From an uncultured Gemmatimonadota bacterium (lineage in GTDB: Bacteria; SM23-81): 12,049 nucleotides of DNA. The notes under the pieces are model-generated. The model saw nothing but the letters and a program-made list of their open reading frames with translations, made no database searches and was not told the origin of the DNA. Positions 1 to 8,438 of the stretch are shown here, piece by piece. The translations under genes were made by a program, and so were the position numbers. The stretch spans positions 7,733 to 19,781 of the forward strand of contig CAZOYL010000038.1 in NCBI GenBank assembly GCA_964584035.1, written 5' to 3'. Positions within the stretch are counted from its first letter, which is position 1, and each line of letters begins with the position of its first letter.

Positions 1-121
1 CCACCGTATCCAGGGAATCGGCGCCCAGATCATCTACGAAGGATGCTTCCGGGGTTACCTGACCGGCATCCACGCCCAATTGTTCGACGATGATTTCCTT
101 GACCTTCGACTCGACGGACAT
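1..121 (-). CDS. acpP: Acyl carrier protein (5' part; truncated by the window edge)
   Basis: Not in the ORF track. Read by hand from ATG at 121: [40 protein letters not shown]..., containing the phosphopantetheine-attachment motif GADSLD. SD GGAGGTG at 128-134. Canonical position after fabG. Confidence 0.97.
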   Translation of the reverse strand, partial: MSVESKVKEIIVEQLGVDAGQVTPEASFVDDLGADSLDTV

Positions 122-158
122 TCCATCCACCTCCTGAGAGTGTGGACACGGGGCCTGC

Positions 159-902
159 TCACGACATGAGCATACCGCCATCCACGTTGATGACTTGACC
201 GGTGAGATATCCGGCATCCTCCGACACGAGAAACGAGATCACCCGGGCCACGTCCTCCGGCTACCCGAAGCGGCCCAGGGGGATCGCCTGCAAAAACGCA
301 TCTTTGTTCTTCTCGCCCAGCTCTCTGGTCATCTCGGTGGCGATGAACCCGGGCGCTACGGCATTCACCGTGATGCCCCGGGCGGCGAGTTCTCTGGCCA
401 CCGATTTGGTGAAACCGATCAGGCCGGCCTTGGAGGCGCAGTAATTCGCCTGCCCGGCATTGCCCATGATGCCCACCACCGAGGCAACATTCACGATCCG
501 GCCGGTCCTTCGCTTCATCATCGCCCGGGCCAATGCCCGGGTGCAATAGAAGGCCCCCTTGAGGTTGACGGCCATGACCTGATCCCATTGTTCCGGTGTC
601 ATTCGAATGAGAAGATTGTCGCGGGTGATGCCGGCGTTATTGACCAGGATGTCCACCCGGGAAAACCGTTCCAGCACAGCGTCGGCCGCGGCCACGACCG
701 CCTCCAGGTCGGTCACATCGACCGCCCAGGCGGCGCCGTCCGTTCCCTCCCGGGAAACCATGGCAGCCGTCTCAGCGGCCAGTTCCCGGTCCACATCCCA
801 GCAGGCCACCCGCGCCCCCTCCCGGGCGAGCTGAAGGGAAATGGCGCGGCCGATTCCCCGCCCGGCACCGGTCACCACAGCCGCCTGTTCCTGTAATTTC
901 AT
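159..902 (-). CDS. fabG: 3-oxoacyl-ACP reductase FabG, 247 codons with an internal in-frame TAG at codon 214 (261-263); either recoded/read-through or a nonsense allele
   Basis: SDR motifs [26 protein letters not shown]. The track ORF stops at ...PLGRFG-TAG, but the same frame continues [33 protein letters not shown] to TGA at 159-161, the typical FabG C-terminus. Start ATG 902 with SD-like GTGAGG at 909-914. Located between fabD and acpP. Confidence 0.93.
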
Positions 903-932
903 GAGCAACCTCACCAATATGACACCAACAGG

Positions 933-1880
933 TTATCTCGCCGTTCGATGCGAGGTCCCTTCATCTAAAAAAGCCTCCAGCGATCCGGCGTCGCTCACCC
1001 CGGAGATGCCGATCCCGGGGACGGTTCGGCGGATCAGGCCCTGCAGGACCTTTCCCGGGCCCACCTCGACGAAGCTCTCGGCGCCCATTTGGGCCATACG
1101 CTCCACCGATTCGGACCACCGCACCGGACTGATCAGCTGACGGATCAGCAGATCCGAAATCTGATCGGCCGCTTCAACGGGCTGGGCGGTTACGTTGGCC
1201 ACGACGGGCACCTGAGGCGCCTTCATGGTCATCTGTTCGAGCGCTTCGGCCAGCGGCTGGCGGGCATATTCCATCAACGGCGAATGAAAGGCCCCGCTGA
1301 CGGGCAGACGGATGACCCGCCTGGCCCCGGCTTCCCGGGCCAGCTCCATGGCCCGGTCCACGCCTGGAACCTCTCCTGAAATGACCAATTGGCCCGGTGA
1401 GTTGAGGTTGGCCACCTGCACCAGACCTGAGTCCGCAGCCTGTCGGCAGATCTCGGTGAGATCCTCGCCGGTCAGACCAACGACGGCCGCCATGGCTCCC
1501 GGCCGGCGCCGGCCGGCTTCCTGCATCAAACGTCCCCTCAGCCGGACCAATGGAAGGGCCTCCTGGTATGGAAAAACCCCCGCCGCCACCAGAGCGGCAT
1601 ACTCTCCCAGGCTGTGCCCGGCCACGACGAAAGGCTTCCGGCCCCTGTCGATCAGCAGCTGCCATAAGGCCACGCTGAGCGCGAAGATAGCCGGCTGGGT
1701 GTTCTCCGTGCGAACCAGCTCCTCCTCGGGGCCCTCGAAGGAAAGCCGGGTAATATCGGCGTTTAAGATCTGGTCGGTCTGCTCATACAGGGCCCTGACC
1801 GAGGGATAGGCCTGATAGAGATCGTGTCCCATGCCGACGAACTGAGAGGCCTGTCCCGGAAAAACCATGGCCAGCTTCAT
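933..1880 (-). CDS. fabD: Malonyl-CoA:ACP transacylase
   Basis: FPGQ N-terminus, TQPA, catalytic GHSLGEY, ANLNSPGQ, VSGAFHS, EVGPG. SD GGGAG 6 nt upstream of ATG. TAA stop. Confidence 0.97.
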   Translation of the reverse strand: MKLAMVFPGQASQFVGMGHDLYQAYPSVRALYEQTDQILNADITRLSFEGPEEELVRTENTQPAIFALSVALWQLLIDRGRKPFVVAGHSLGEYAALVAAGVFPYQEALPLVRLRGRLMQEAGRRRPGAMAAVVGLTGEDLTEICRQAADSGLVQVANLNSPGQLVISGEVPGVDRAMELAREAGARRVIRLPVSGAFHSPLMEYARQPLAEALEQMTMKAPQVPVVANVTAQPVEAADQISDLLIRQLISPVRWSESVERMAQMGAESFVEVGPGKVLQGLIRRTVPGIGISGVSDAGSLEAFLDEGTSHRTAR

Positions 1881-1898
1881 ACCGGTCTCCCGGAAAAA

Positions 1899-2903
1899 CT
1901 ACCACCGAATGATGGCCGAACCCCAGGTGAAACCCCCTCCGAAGGCCACCAGGAGCCAGATGTCTCCGGGTTTATGGAGACCTTTGCTTCTGGCTTCATC
2001 CAGGGCCAATGGAATGGATGCGGCCGAGGTATTGCCGTATCGATCGATATTGACGTAGACCCGCTCCATGGGCAGATGAATGCGTTTGGCCGTGGCCCGA
2101 ATGATGCGGATATTGGCCTGGTGCGGAATCATCAGATCGACATCGCCGGCCGTCAGACCGGCCTGTTTTAAAACCTGCAATGCGGCATCGCCCATGGCTT
2201 TGACGGCGTATTTGAAGACCTCGTTGCCGCTCATTCTGATATAATGCATCCGCTGGTCGACCGTCTCGTGAGAGGCCGGATGACGAGATCCGCCGGCTGG
2301 CATCTCCAGAAGATGCCACAGGCTACCGTTGCCTCCCAGATAGGTCTGAAGGATACCTCGGTCCGCATCGGTGCCGCGCAGCAGAACGGCGCCGGCGGCA
2401 TCCCCGAACAGGACGCAGGTGCCCCGGTCCTGATAATCGGTGATCTTGGTGAGCGTTTCGGCGCCACTGACCAGAACGGTACGATACAGGCCGGAGGTGA
2501 CCATGCTGCGGCCCACCGTCAGGCCGTAGAGAAAACCCGAACAGGCTGCGCCTACGTCCATGGGGGCGGCATTGACGGCTCCGAGGTTATCCTGAACGAA
2601 ACAGGCCGTCGAGGGAAACACCCGGTCGGGTGTGGCCGTGCCGATGATGATCATATCCACATCCTGGGGTGAAACCCGGGCCTCCTGAAGAGCCTTTCGG
2701 GCCGCCTCGGTGGCCAGGTCGGAGGTGGCCGTGTCCTTATCGGTGACGTGGCGTTCGTGGATCCCCGAGCGGGACACGATCCACTCATCGCTGGTATCGA
2801 CGATCTTCTCCATATCCTGGTTATTCAGGATCCGCTCGGGCACCGCCGAGCCGGTGCCGATGATCTCAGCTTGAAGGCATTTGTTCATGGGATGTTGTTC
2901 CAT
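1899..2903 (-). CDS. fabH: 3-oxoacyl-ACP synthase III
   Basis: Catalytic triad motifs AACSGF, PHQAN, GNTSAAS; DTSDEWI; FGGGFTWG; ends IRW-TAG. The start may be ATG 2888 instead of 2903. Confidence 0.97.
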   Translation of the reverse strand: MEQHPMNKCLQAEIIGTGSAVPERILNNQDMEKIVDTSDEWIVSRSGIHERHVTDKDTATSDLATEAARKALQEARVSPQDVDMIIIGTATPDRVFPSTACFVQDNLGAVNAAPMDVGAACSGFLYGLTVGRSMVTSGLYRTVLVSGAETLTKITDYQDRGTCVLFGDAAGAVLLRGTDADRGILQTYLGGNGSLWHLLEMPAGGSRHPASHETVDQRMHYIRMSGNEVFKYAVKAMGDAALQVLKQAGLTAGDVDLMIPHQANIRIIRATAKRIHLPMERVYVNIDRYGNTSAASIPLALDEARSKGLHKPGDIWLLVAFGGGFTWGSAIIRW

Positions 2904-3897
2904 TCTCCTGAAGTTGTTCGACGATCCCGGAATTCACATCCGCCCTGACCATCCGCTGAGCCACATCGATGGCCTTGCGAATGGCCTTGGCGGAGGAACC
3001 GCCGTGGCAGATAATGCAGACGCTGTTGATTCCCAGCAGGGGGGCACCCCCGTACTCGGCATAATCCAGATCGCGGCGGAAAGCCATCAGGGCCGGCATC
3101 AGCAGATGGGTTCCCAGACGGTATCTGAGGCTGCTCATGACATACTGCTTCAATTGAGTGGTCAGCAGCCCATCGATGCTCTCGGTGAGTTTCAGAATGA
3201 CATTGCCCACGAAGCCCTCGCAGACCACCACGTCTACGTTGCCCCGTAAAATATCTCGCCCCTCGATATTGCCGATGAAGTTCAGCGAGCTGCCCGACAG
3301 CATCCGATGGGCCAGGATGGTATTCTCGTTCCCCTTGGAGCTTTCTTCTCCAATGCTGAGCAACCCCACCTTGGGATGCTTTCTTCCTAAAATACGGCTG
3401 GCGTAGATCCCCCCCATGACACCGAATTGATAGAGATTGATAGGCTTACAATCGGCATTGGCACCCACATCCAGGACCACCGTGGTGTCCTTTTCGGTGG
3501 GGAAAAAGGAGGCAATGGCCGGCCGGCTGATGCCCTTCAGGCGGCCCAGCTCCAGGAGCGTCCCGGCCATGACCGCACCGGTATTGCCGGCACTGACGAT
3601 GGCATCGGCCAGGCCGCGTTTGACCAGCTCAATAGCCACCATGATAGACGAATTCCGCTTCTTGCGCAAGGCAACGGCGGGAGACTCGTCCATGGCGACC
3701 ACCTCCGGGGCATGGACCACGGAAATGGGCAATTCTCTGGGAATAAACCGGCTTTTCAGATCCTTCCGGATCAGCGCTTCCTGGCCCACCAGAATGATCT
3801 CGGTGTCTTCCCGAACCAGGCTGGCCGCCTGCACCACTCCCTCAATGATGGGGTGTGGAGCATCGTCTCCGCCCATAGCATCGATGGCAATCTTCAT
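2866..3897 (-). CDS. plsX: Phosphate acyltransferase PlsX
   Basis: MKIAIDAMGGD, SAGNTGA, LDVGAN, IGEESSKG, EYGGAPLLG, HGGS motifs. Located between rpmF and fabH. Confidence 0.97.
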   Translation of the reverse strand: MKIAIDAMGGDDAPHPIIEGVVQAASLVREDTEIILVGQEALIRKDLKSRFIPRELPISVVHAPEVVAMDESPAVALRKKRNSSIMVAIELVKRGLADAIVSAGNTGAVMAGTLLELGRLKGISRPAIASFFPTEKDTTVVLDVGANADCKPINLYQFGVMGGIYASRILGRKHPKVGLLSIGEESSKGNENTILAHRMLSGSSLNFIGNIEGRDILRGNVDVVVCEGFVGNVILKLTESIDGLLTTQLKQYVMSSLRYRLGTHLLMPALMAFRRDLDYAEYGGAPLLGINSVCIICHGGSSAKAIRKAIDVAQRMVRADVNSGIVEQLQENGTTSHEQMPSS

Positions 3898-3913
3898 GTT
3901 CGCTTCTCAGAAC

Positions 3914-4096
3914 CTATTTCTGCTTAGGAGATACGACTTCTCGACCCTTATAATATCCACAATGCGAACAGGCTCGATGCGGCATTTTGGGCTGATGGCA
4001 ATGGGGGCACTGGACCATGCCGGGTGCCGACAACTTCCAGTGCGTTCTCCTCTTATCTCTTCTGGATTTGGAGATCTTTCTTTTTGGTAAGGCCAC
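3914..4096 (-). CDS. rpmF: 50S ribosomal protein L32 (zinc-ribbon type)
   Basis: [17 protein letters not shown]... with CPHC and CSHC pairs and GYYKG. GTG start with purine-rich SD GGGAGAG. TAG stop. Confidence 0.97.
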   Translation of the reverse strand: MALPKRKISKSRRDKRRTHWKLSAPGMVQCPHCHQPKMPHRACSHCGYYKGREVVSPKQK

Positions 4097-4616
4097 GTTT
4101 CTCTCCCTGTGATGTGCTCACTGCGTTCTTCAGCCCCGACCAGCGGGGATCGATTGTCTTCCGGCGGCAATCACAACTGCCGGCATTGAGATTGGTACCG
4201 CAACGGGGACACAGACCGCGGCAGTTTTCCTTGCAGAGCGGCTTGACCGGGAGCGCCAGGAGGAGCGTCTGGCGAAGCTCCTCGGTCACATCCATCCGGC
4301 CCGTATCCGGGGGAACGATCCTGATCTCCTCATGGATCTCTTCCGGCGAAGCTTCGGCATCGAATCTCACCAGGATAGTCAGCGTCTCGGAGATGGGAAT
4401 CTGAACGGATTCCAGGCACCGGCTGCAGGTCATGTTCACCGACGTGCTGATCACGCCTCGAAAGATGACCTGCTGGCCGATCTTCTCCAGGGTGTAATCG
4501 ACGCGAACCGGCTCGGTGAAACACGCCTCCTGTTCCCGAAGATCCAGCTCGGAGGCGTCTGCCTGCTGGGATCGCCGATGGAGTCCGCCGGTAAGTCCCC
4601 TTACGGAAATAATCAT
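4053..4616 (-). CDS. yceD: YceD/DUF177 family protein (23S rRNA accumulation)
   Basis: [26 protein letters not shown] and DPRW motifs. Canonical position upstream of rpmF. SD GAGGGAG. Confidence 0.92.
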   Translation of the reverse strand: MIISVRGLTGGLHRRSQQADASELDLREQEACFTEPVRVDYTLEKIGQQVIFRGVISTSVNMTCSRCLESVQIPISETLTILVRFDAEASPEEIHEEIRIVPPDTGRMDVTEELRQTLLLALPVKPLCKENCRGLCPRCGTNLNAGSCDCRRKTIDPRWSGLKNAVSTSQGEKRGLTKKKDLQIQKR

Positions 4617-4630
4617 AAAAAGACTCCCTC

Positions 4631-4658
4631 AATATATCGATGAAAGCCGGCTTGTCAA
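4631..4658 (-). promoter_or_regulatory. Putative sigma70 promoter of the yceD-rpmF-plsX-fab operon
   Basis: Minus strand TTGACA (4653-4658), 16-nt spacer, TATATT (4631-4636), in the nfnB-yceD intergenic region. Confidence 0.6.
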
Positions 4659-4705
4659 GTCCTTTCCTGATGTGTCAGGTGCACCCAGAGGGACAGATCC
4701 GCCGA

Positions 4706-6130
4706 TCAGCGGTCCAGTCCCCGGAGATACTCGTCGATCGCCTGGGCGGCTTTCCGCCCGGCGCCCATGGCCAGAATTACCGTGGCCGCCCCGGTGACGA
4801 TATCGCCCCCGGCGTACACACCGGACTTACTGGTGGCGCCGGTCTCTGGATCGGCCACGATGTAGCCCCACTTGTTGGTCTCCAGCCCCTCCGTCGTGGA
4901 AGCCACCAGCGGATTGGCTCCCTGCCCGATGGCCACGATCACCTGATCCACATCGATGCTGAACTGCGAGCCTTCTACGGGCACCGGCCGGCGGCGCCCG
5001 GAGGCATCCGGCTCCCCCAGCTCCATACGAATACACTCCATCCCTTTGACCCAGCCCTGATCATCTCCTAAAATGCGCACCGGATTGGTCAGCAACTGAA
5101 AGTCGATGCCCTCCTCCTCGGCATTCTCGATCTCCTCGCCCCGAGCGGGCATCTCGTTCCGCGAGCGGCGATACACGCAGGTGACCTGCTCGGCTCCCAA
5201 TCGGAGGGCCGTCCTCAGTGAATCCATGGCCACGTTGCCGCCGCCCACCACCACCACCCGACGGCCGATCTTGATGGGCGTGTCATATTCAGGAAACCGG
5301 TAAGCTTTCATGAGGTTAGAGCGAGTAAGGAATTCGTTGGCGGAATACACCCCGTTGAGGTTCTCCCCCGGAACACCCATGAAATAGGGCAGGCCGGCTC
5401 CGTTGCCCAGAAAGACCGCATCGTAGCCGCCGGCCATCAGCTCATCCACGGTCTGCAGCATGCCTACCACGAAGCTCGTTTTCAGCTCCACGCCGAGGCT
5501 TTCGATATATTCCACCTCCCGGCGAACGATCTCCTTGGGCAGACGAAACTGGGGAATGCCGTACATGAGCACCCCGCCGGGCTCATGCAGAGCCTCGAAA
5601 ATGGTCACCTGGTAGCCCAGCTTGATGAGATCTCCGGCCGCCGTCAGACCGGACGGGCCGGCTCCGACGATAGCCACCCGGCGTCCTCCGGAGGAATCTC
5701 TGGGGGCCTTTTCCGCGGATACCTGGCGGGCTTCTTCATCGGCCACGAACCGCTCCAGCCGTCCGATGGCGATGGGAGCTCCCTTTTTAGCTAATATGCA
5801 GGCTTTTTCACACTGGTCCTCCTGGGGGCAGACGCGGCCGCAGATGGCCGGCAGGCTGTTGGTCCGCTTGATGATCCGGGCGGCCTCGAGCACATCGCCC
5901 TGTTGAAGACAGGCGATAAAACCGGGGATATCGACCTCCACGGGACACCCGGTCACACAGCGGGGCTTTTTGCAGGTCAGACAGCGGCCGGCCTCTCTGA
6001 GGGCCTGTTCTTGATCGTATCCCAGAGCCACCTCTTCGAAGTTGCCGGCCCGAACCGCAGGGTCCTGGCGGGGCATCGATTCCCGCTGCAGATTGAGCTT
6101 CTTTTTATCGGCCGTCGGCTTTTTAGGCAT
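4706..6130 (-). CDS. nfnB: NfnB / GltD-like large subunit of electron-bifurcating NADH-dependent ferredoxin:NADP+ oxidoreductase (also annotated as sulfide dehydrogenase alpha or NADPH-dependent glutamate synthase)
   Basis: Fe-S motifs RCLTCKKPRCVTGCP and ICGRVCPQEDQCE. Rossmann motifs GAGPSG and GGGNVAMD. C-terminal GDIVTGAATVILAMGAG. Likely start ATG 6130 (MPKKP...) overlapping the nfnA stop; the track start at 6175 is less likely. Confidence 0.9.
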   Translation of the reverse strand: MPKKPTADKKKLNLQRESMPRQDPAVRAGNFEEVALGYDQEQALREAGRCLTCKKPRCVTGCPVEVDIPGFIACLQQGDVLEAARIIKRTNSLPAICGRVCPQEDQCEKACILAKKGAPIAIGRLERFVADEEARQVSAEKAPRDSSGGRRVAIVGAGPSGLTAAGDLIKLGYQVTIFEALHEPGGVLMYGIPQFRLPKEIVRREVEYIESLGVELKTSFVVGMLQTVDELMAGGYDAVFLGNGAGLPYFMGVPGENLNGVYSANEFLTRSNLMKAYRFPEYDTPIKIGRRVVVVGGGNVAMDSLRTALRLGAEQVTCVYRRSRNEMPARGEEIENAEEEGIDFQLLTNPVRILGDDQGWVKGMECIRMELGEPDASGRRRPVPVEGSQFSIDVDQVIVAIGQGANPLVASTTEGLETNKWGYIVADPETGATSKSGVYAGGDIVTGAATVILAMGAGRKAAQAIDEYLRGLDR

Positions 6131-7001
6131 CGGCTTCCCCCGCTGGAGTATGCTCGGCCTCTGACGGGCCGGCAAGGTCCCGGCTCATCCAGGCATCCAT
6201 GGCTTTTTTCTCCTCGGGCAGGTACATCCGCAGACGAGCCATGAGCAATTCGAAATTGACCTGATGACCATCGAACTCGGGTCCATCCACGCAGACGAAT
6301 TTGGTCTGGCCTCCCACCTCCACACGGCAGGCCCCGCACATGCCGGTGCCATCGACCATGATGGAGTTCAGGCTGACGATGGTATGGATGCCGTAGTTTC
6401 GAGTCAAATCGCAGACGGCTTTCATCATAATGGCCGGCCCGATGGCCACCGCCAGGCGGACGTCCTTTTCCTGCTGAAGAAGTTTGGCCAGCCGGTCGGT
6501 GACGAATCCATGTTCCCCGTAGGAGCCATCATCGGTAGTGACATAGAGCTGATCGCTGACCTGCCGGGCCTCATCCTCCAGCACCAGCAGATCCTTCGTT
6601 CTGGCTCCGATGATGGAAATAACCCGGTTGCCGGCCGCCTTCATGGCTTTGGCGATCGGAAAGACCACCGCGTTTCCCACCCCGCCGCCGACGCAAACCA
6701 CCGTTCCGTATTTCTTCACCTCGGTCGGTCGGCCCAGCGGCCCGACCACATCGAGAAAGCCATCGCCCTCTCGGTAGGTGCCCATTTTCCGTGTCGTGGC
6801 GCCCACCTCCTGGACGACCAGTGTGATGGTGCCCTCCTCGGGATCGGAATCGGCGATAGTCAGAGGAACCCGCTCTCCCAGCTCCTCCAGACGGATGATG
6901 ACGAACTGGCCGGCCTGGCGCTTTTTTGCGATCAGGGGGGCTCTGATCCGGTACAGTTTGATTTCCGGCGAAAGCGTCTTCTTGAGCACAATCTCGTTCA
7001 T
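6123..7001 (-). CDS. nfnA: NfnA / sulfide-dihydroorotate dehydrogenase-like FAD/NAD-binding [2Fe-2S] subunit
   Basis: AGQFVI, GERVPLTIAD, VGPLG, GGGVG, DGTGMCGACRV...FVCVDGPEF motifs. Translationally coupled to the GltD-like gene, the typical nfnAB pair. SD GAGGT at 7006-7010. Confidence 0.9.
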   Translation of the reverse strand: MNEIVLKKTLSPEIKLYRIRAPLIAKKRQAGQFVIIRLEELGERVPLTIADSDPEEGTITLVVQEVGATTRKMGTYREGDGFLDVVGPLGRPTEVKKYGTVVCVGGGVGNAVVFPIAKAMKAAGNRVISIIGARTKDLLVLEDEARQVSDQLYVTTDDGSYGEHGFVTDRLAKLLQQEKDVRLAVAIGPAIMMKAVCDLTRNYGIHTIVSLNSIMVDGTGMCGACRVEVGGQTKFVCVDGPEFDGHQVNFELLMARLRMYLPEEKKAMDAWMSRDLAGPSEAEHTPAGEADA

Positions 7002-7032
7002 TCTGACCTCGCTGATACTGACCTGGTGGTCG

Positions 7033-8295
7033 TCATTCGGTCCGGTTTTCTTCGGGATAGGGCACGGTCAGGCTTCCTTCCATGAGAAACAGGACCTTGG
7101 CCTCGGGACCCTGCCGCTGCAGAGCTTCGTCCAGAGCTCCCTGTAAATCATCAACAGGTTTGATGAAAAGAGGTTCAAGCTGCGAGTCGGATAATTCGGT
7201 GAAGGCCCAGATGTGGGCCCAGAGACAGATCTCGGCGATCTTGGCCGCCTTGTGATAGCCCAGACGATAGCCCTTGCGGAGCTGCTGCAGCGCATCCCGG
7301 GGGCTCGCCGCGGCACTCAGCAGCCGGGCAAAGGTGTCATCGCCCACGCCGGCCCGGCAGGCCGAGACCAGCATCAGAATGCCGCCCTCCTTGAGGGCCA
7401 GCTTGCCGTTCTCCAGGGCCTTTTGGGATTGATACAGGTTGATATCGGTGGGAAAGGGAGCCACCGTCACGACCACATCGGCCTTCTCGGGCACCGGAAC
7501 CACGAAGACCTCTCTGGCCTTCTCCGTGGCCGGCGGGAAACAGTCTCGAAGATGACCGGCGGTGCTGTCGTGAATCCCTCCCTCTTGGTTGACAACGGTC
7601 ATGATGGCGAAGACATCTCTTTCCAGGAGGGGGGCCACGGCCTCCATCATATCCTCATGAACAGGATTGCCCTCCAGGGCCAGCGTGTGGGCCTCCCGCT
7701 GGAGAGCCAGGGCGTGGTTGTGTTCGATCGTCTCAATGGCGGCGACTCCGGGCAGAAAGGATTTTCTTCCCCCGGTAAAGCCAGCAAAATAATGAGGTTC
7801 AACCGATCCAATGACGACCAGCCGGTCGGCTTCGAGGACCCTCCGGTTGACAGCCATCTCCGTCCCCCGGGAGGTGGTTCCGACCACCACCATGTCCTCC
7901 CGCCGGCGGGCCCGATGAACCTCGATCCGCTCCCGGAATGGCTCGTAAAACTCGCCGAAGATCTGTCGGTACTCATCCTCGGTGGGCTCTCGATGACTGC
8001 CGGCGGCGACCAGGAAACGAAACGGGATGTCTCCCAGGAGAGGAATGATCGTCTCCAGAACTTTGGCCGTGGGGGTCGGTCGGGTGGCATCGTTGACCAA
8101 CACCAGGACATCCCGGGCATCTCGAAGGAATCGGTCCAGCGGCGGAGAACCGATGGGTTCTCTCAAGGCTCTTTCCAGAACCTCCTTTTCATCGACCGCT
8201 GCCGTCGGATTGGGATGAACCTGGCCCAGGACTCGACCATCATCCAGGTTCACGGTGAGATGGTCTTTCTGGCCGTAAGGTATCCTGATGTTCAT
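7033..8295 (-). CDS. larA: Nickel-pincer-dependent lactate racemase (LarA) family 2-hydroxy-acid racemase/epimerase
   Basis: Family motifs NDATRPTP, AGSHR, EPHYFAGFTGGRKS, HNH, NLYQSQK. SD GGAGAG upstream. Substrate cannot be determined from sequence alone. Confidence 0.88.
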   Translation of the reverse strand: MNIRIPYGQKDHLTVNLDDGRVLGQVHPNPTAAVDEKEVLERALREPIGSPPLDRFLRDARDVLVLVNDATRPTPTAKVLETIIPLLGDIPFRFLVAAGSHREPTEDEYRQIFGEFYEPFRERIEVHRARRREDMVVVGTTSRGTEMAVNRRVLEADRLVVIGSVEPHYFAGFTGGRKSFLPGVAAIETIEHNHALALQREAHTLALEGNPVHEDMMEAVAPLLERDVFAIMTVVNQEGGIHDSTAGHLRDCFPPATEKAREVFVVPVPEKADVVVTVAPFPTDINLYQSQKALENGKLALKEGGILMLVSACRAGVGDDTFARLLSAAASPRDALQQLRKGYRLGYHKAAKIAEICLWAHIWAFTELSDSQLEPLFIKPVDDLQGALDEALQRQGPEAKVLFLMEGSLTVPYPEENRTE

Positions 8296-8438
8296 GGTTC
8301 TCTCCGGACAGAACTCTCCCCCCCGACCCCTATCATCGCTCTTCGAGCCGGAGGGGAGTGATCTCCACTGGCCATCTGCGGCGATCTCACGGCTCGTCGC
8401 GCTTCGATCCCCTCGGGGGAGATCCGGGCGAGATCACC

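Noticed and set aside
190..260. PYLIS-like hairpin downstream of the fabG TAG
   Set aside because: Only short CCGG/CCGG and GGUGA/UCACC pairings, expected by chance at this GC content.
55..588. Alternative-frame minus-strand ORF spanning the fabG 3' end, considered as a frameshift rescue of fabG
   Set aside because: The FabG-like C-terminus is in the original frame beyond the TAG. This frame has no SDR similarity.
4706..6130. Calling the GltD-like gene a true glutamate synthase small subunit
   Set aside because: No gltB large subunit is adjacent, and the gene is coupled to an NfnA-type partner, the nfnAB/sudBA arrangement.
7213..8361. Long plus-strand ORFs (7213..8361, also 195..896, 3437..4090, 6264..7085, 10520..11473)
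   Set aside because: They lie antisense to well-supported genes, have no recognisable motifs, and are the shadow ORFs expected in GC-rich DNA.
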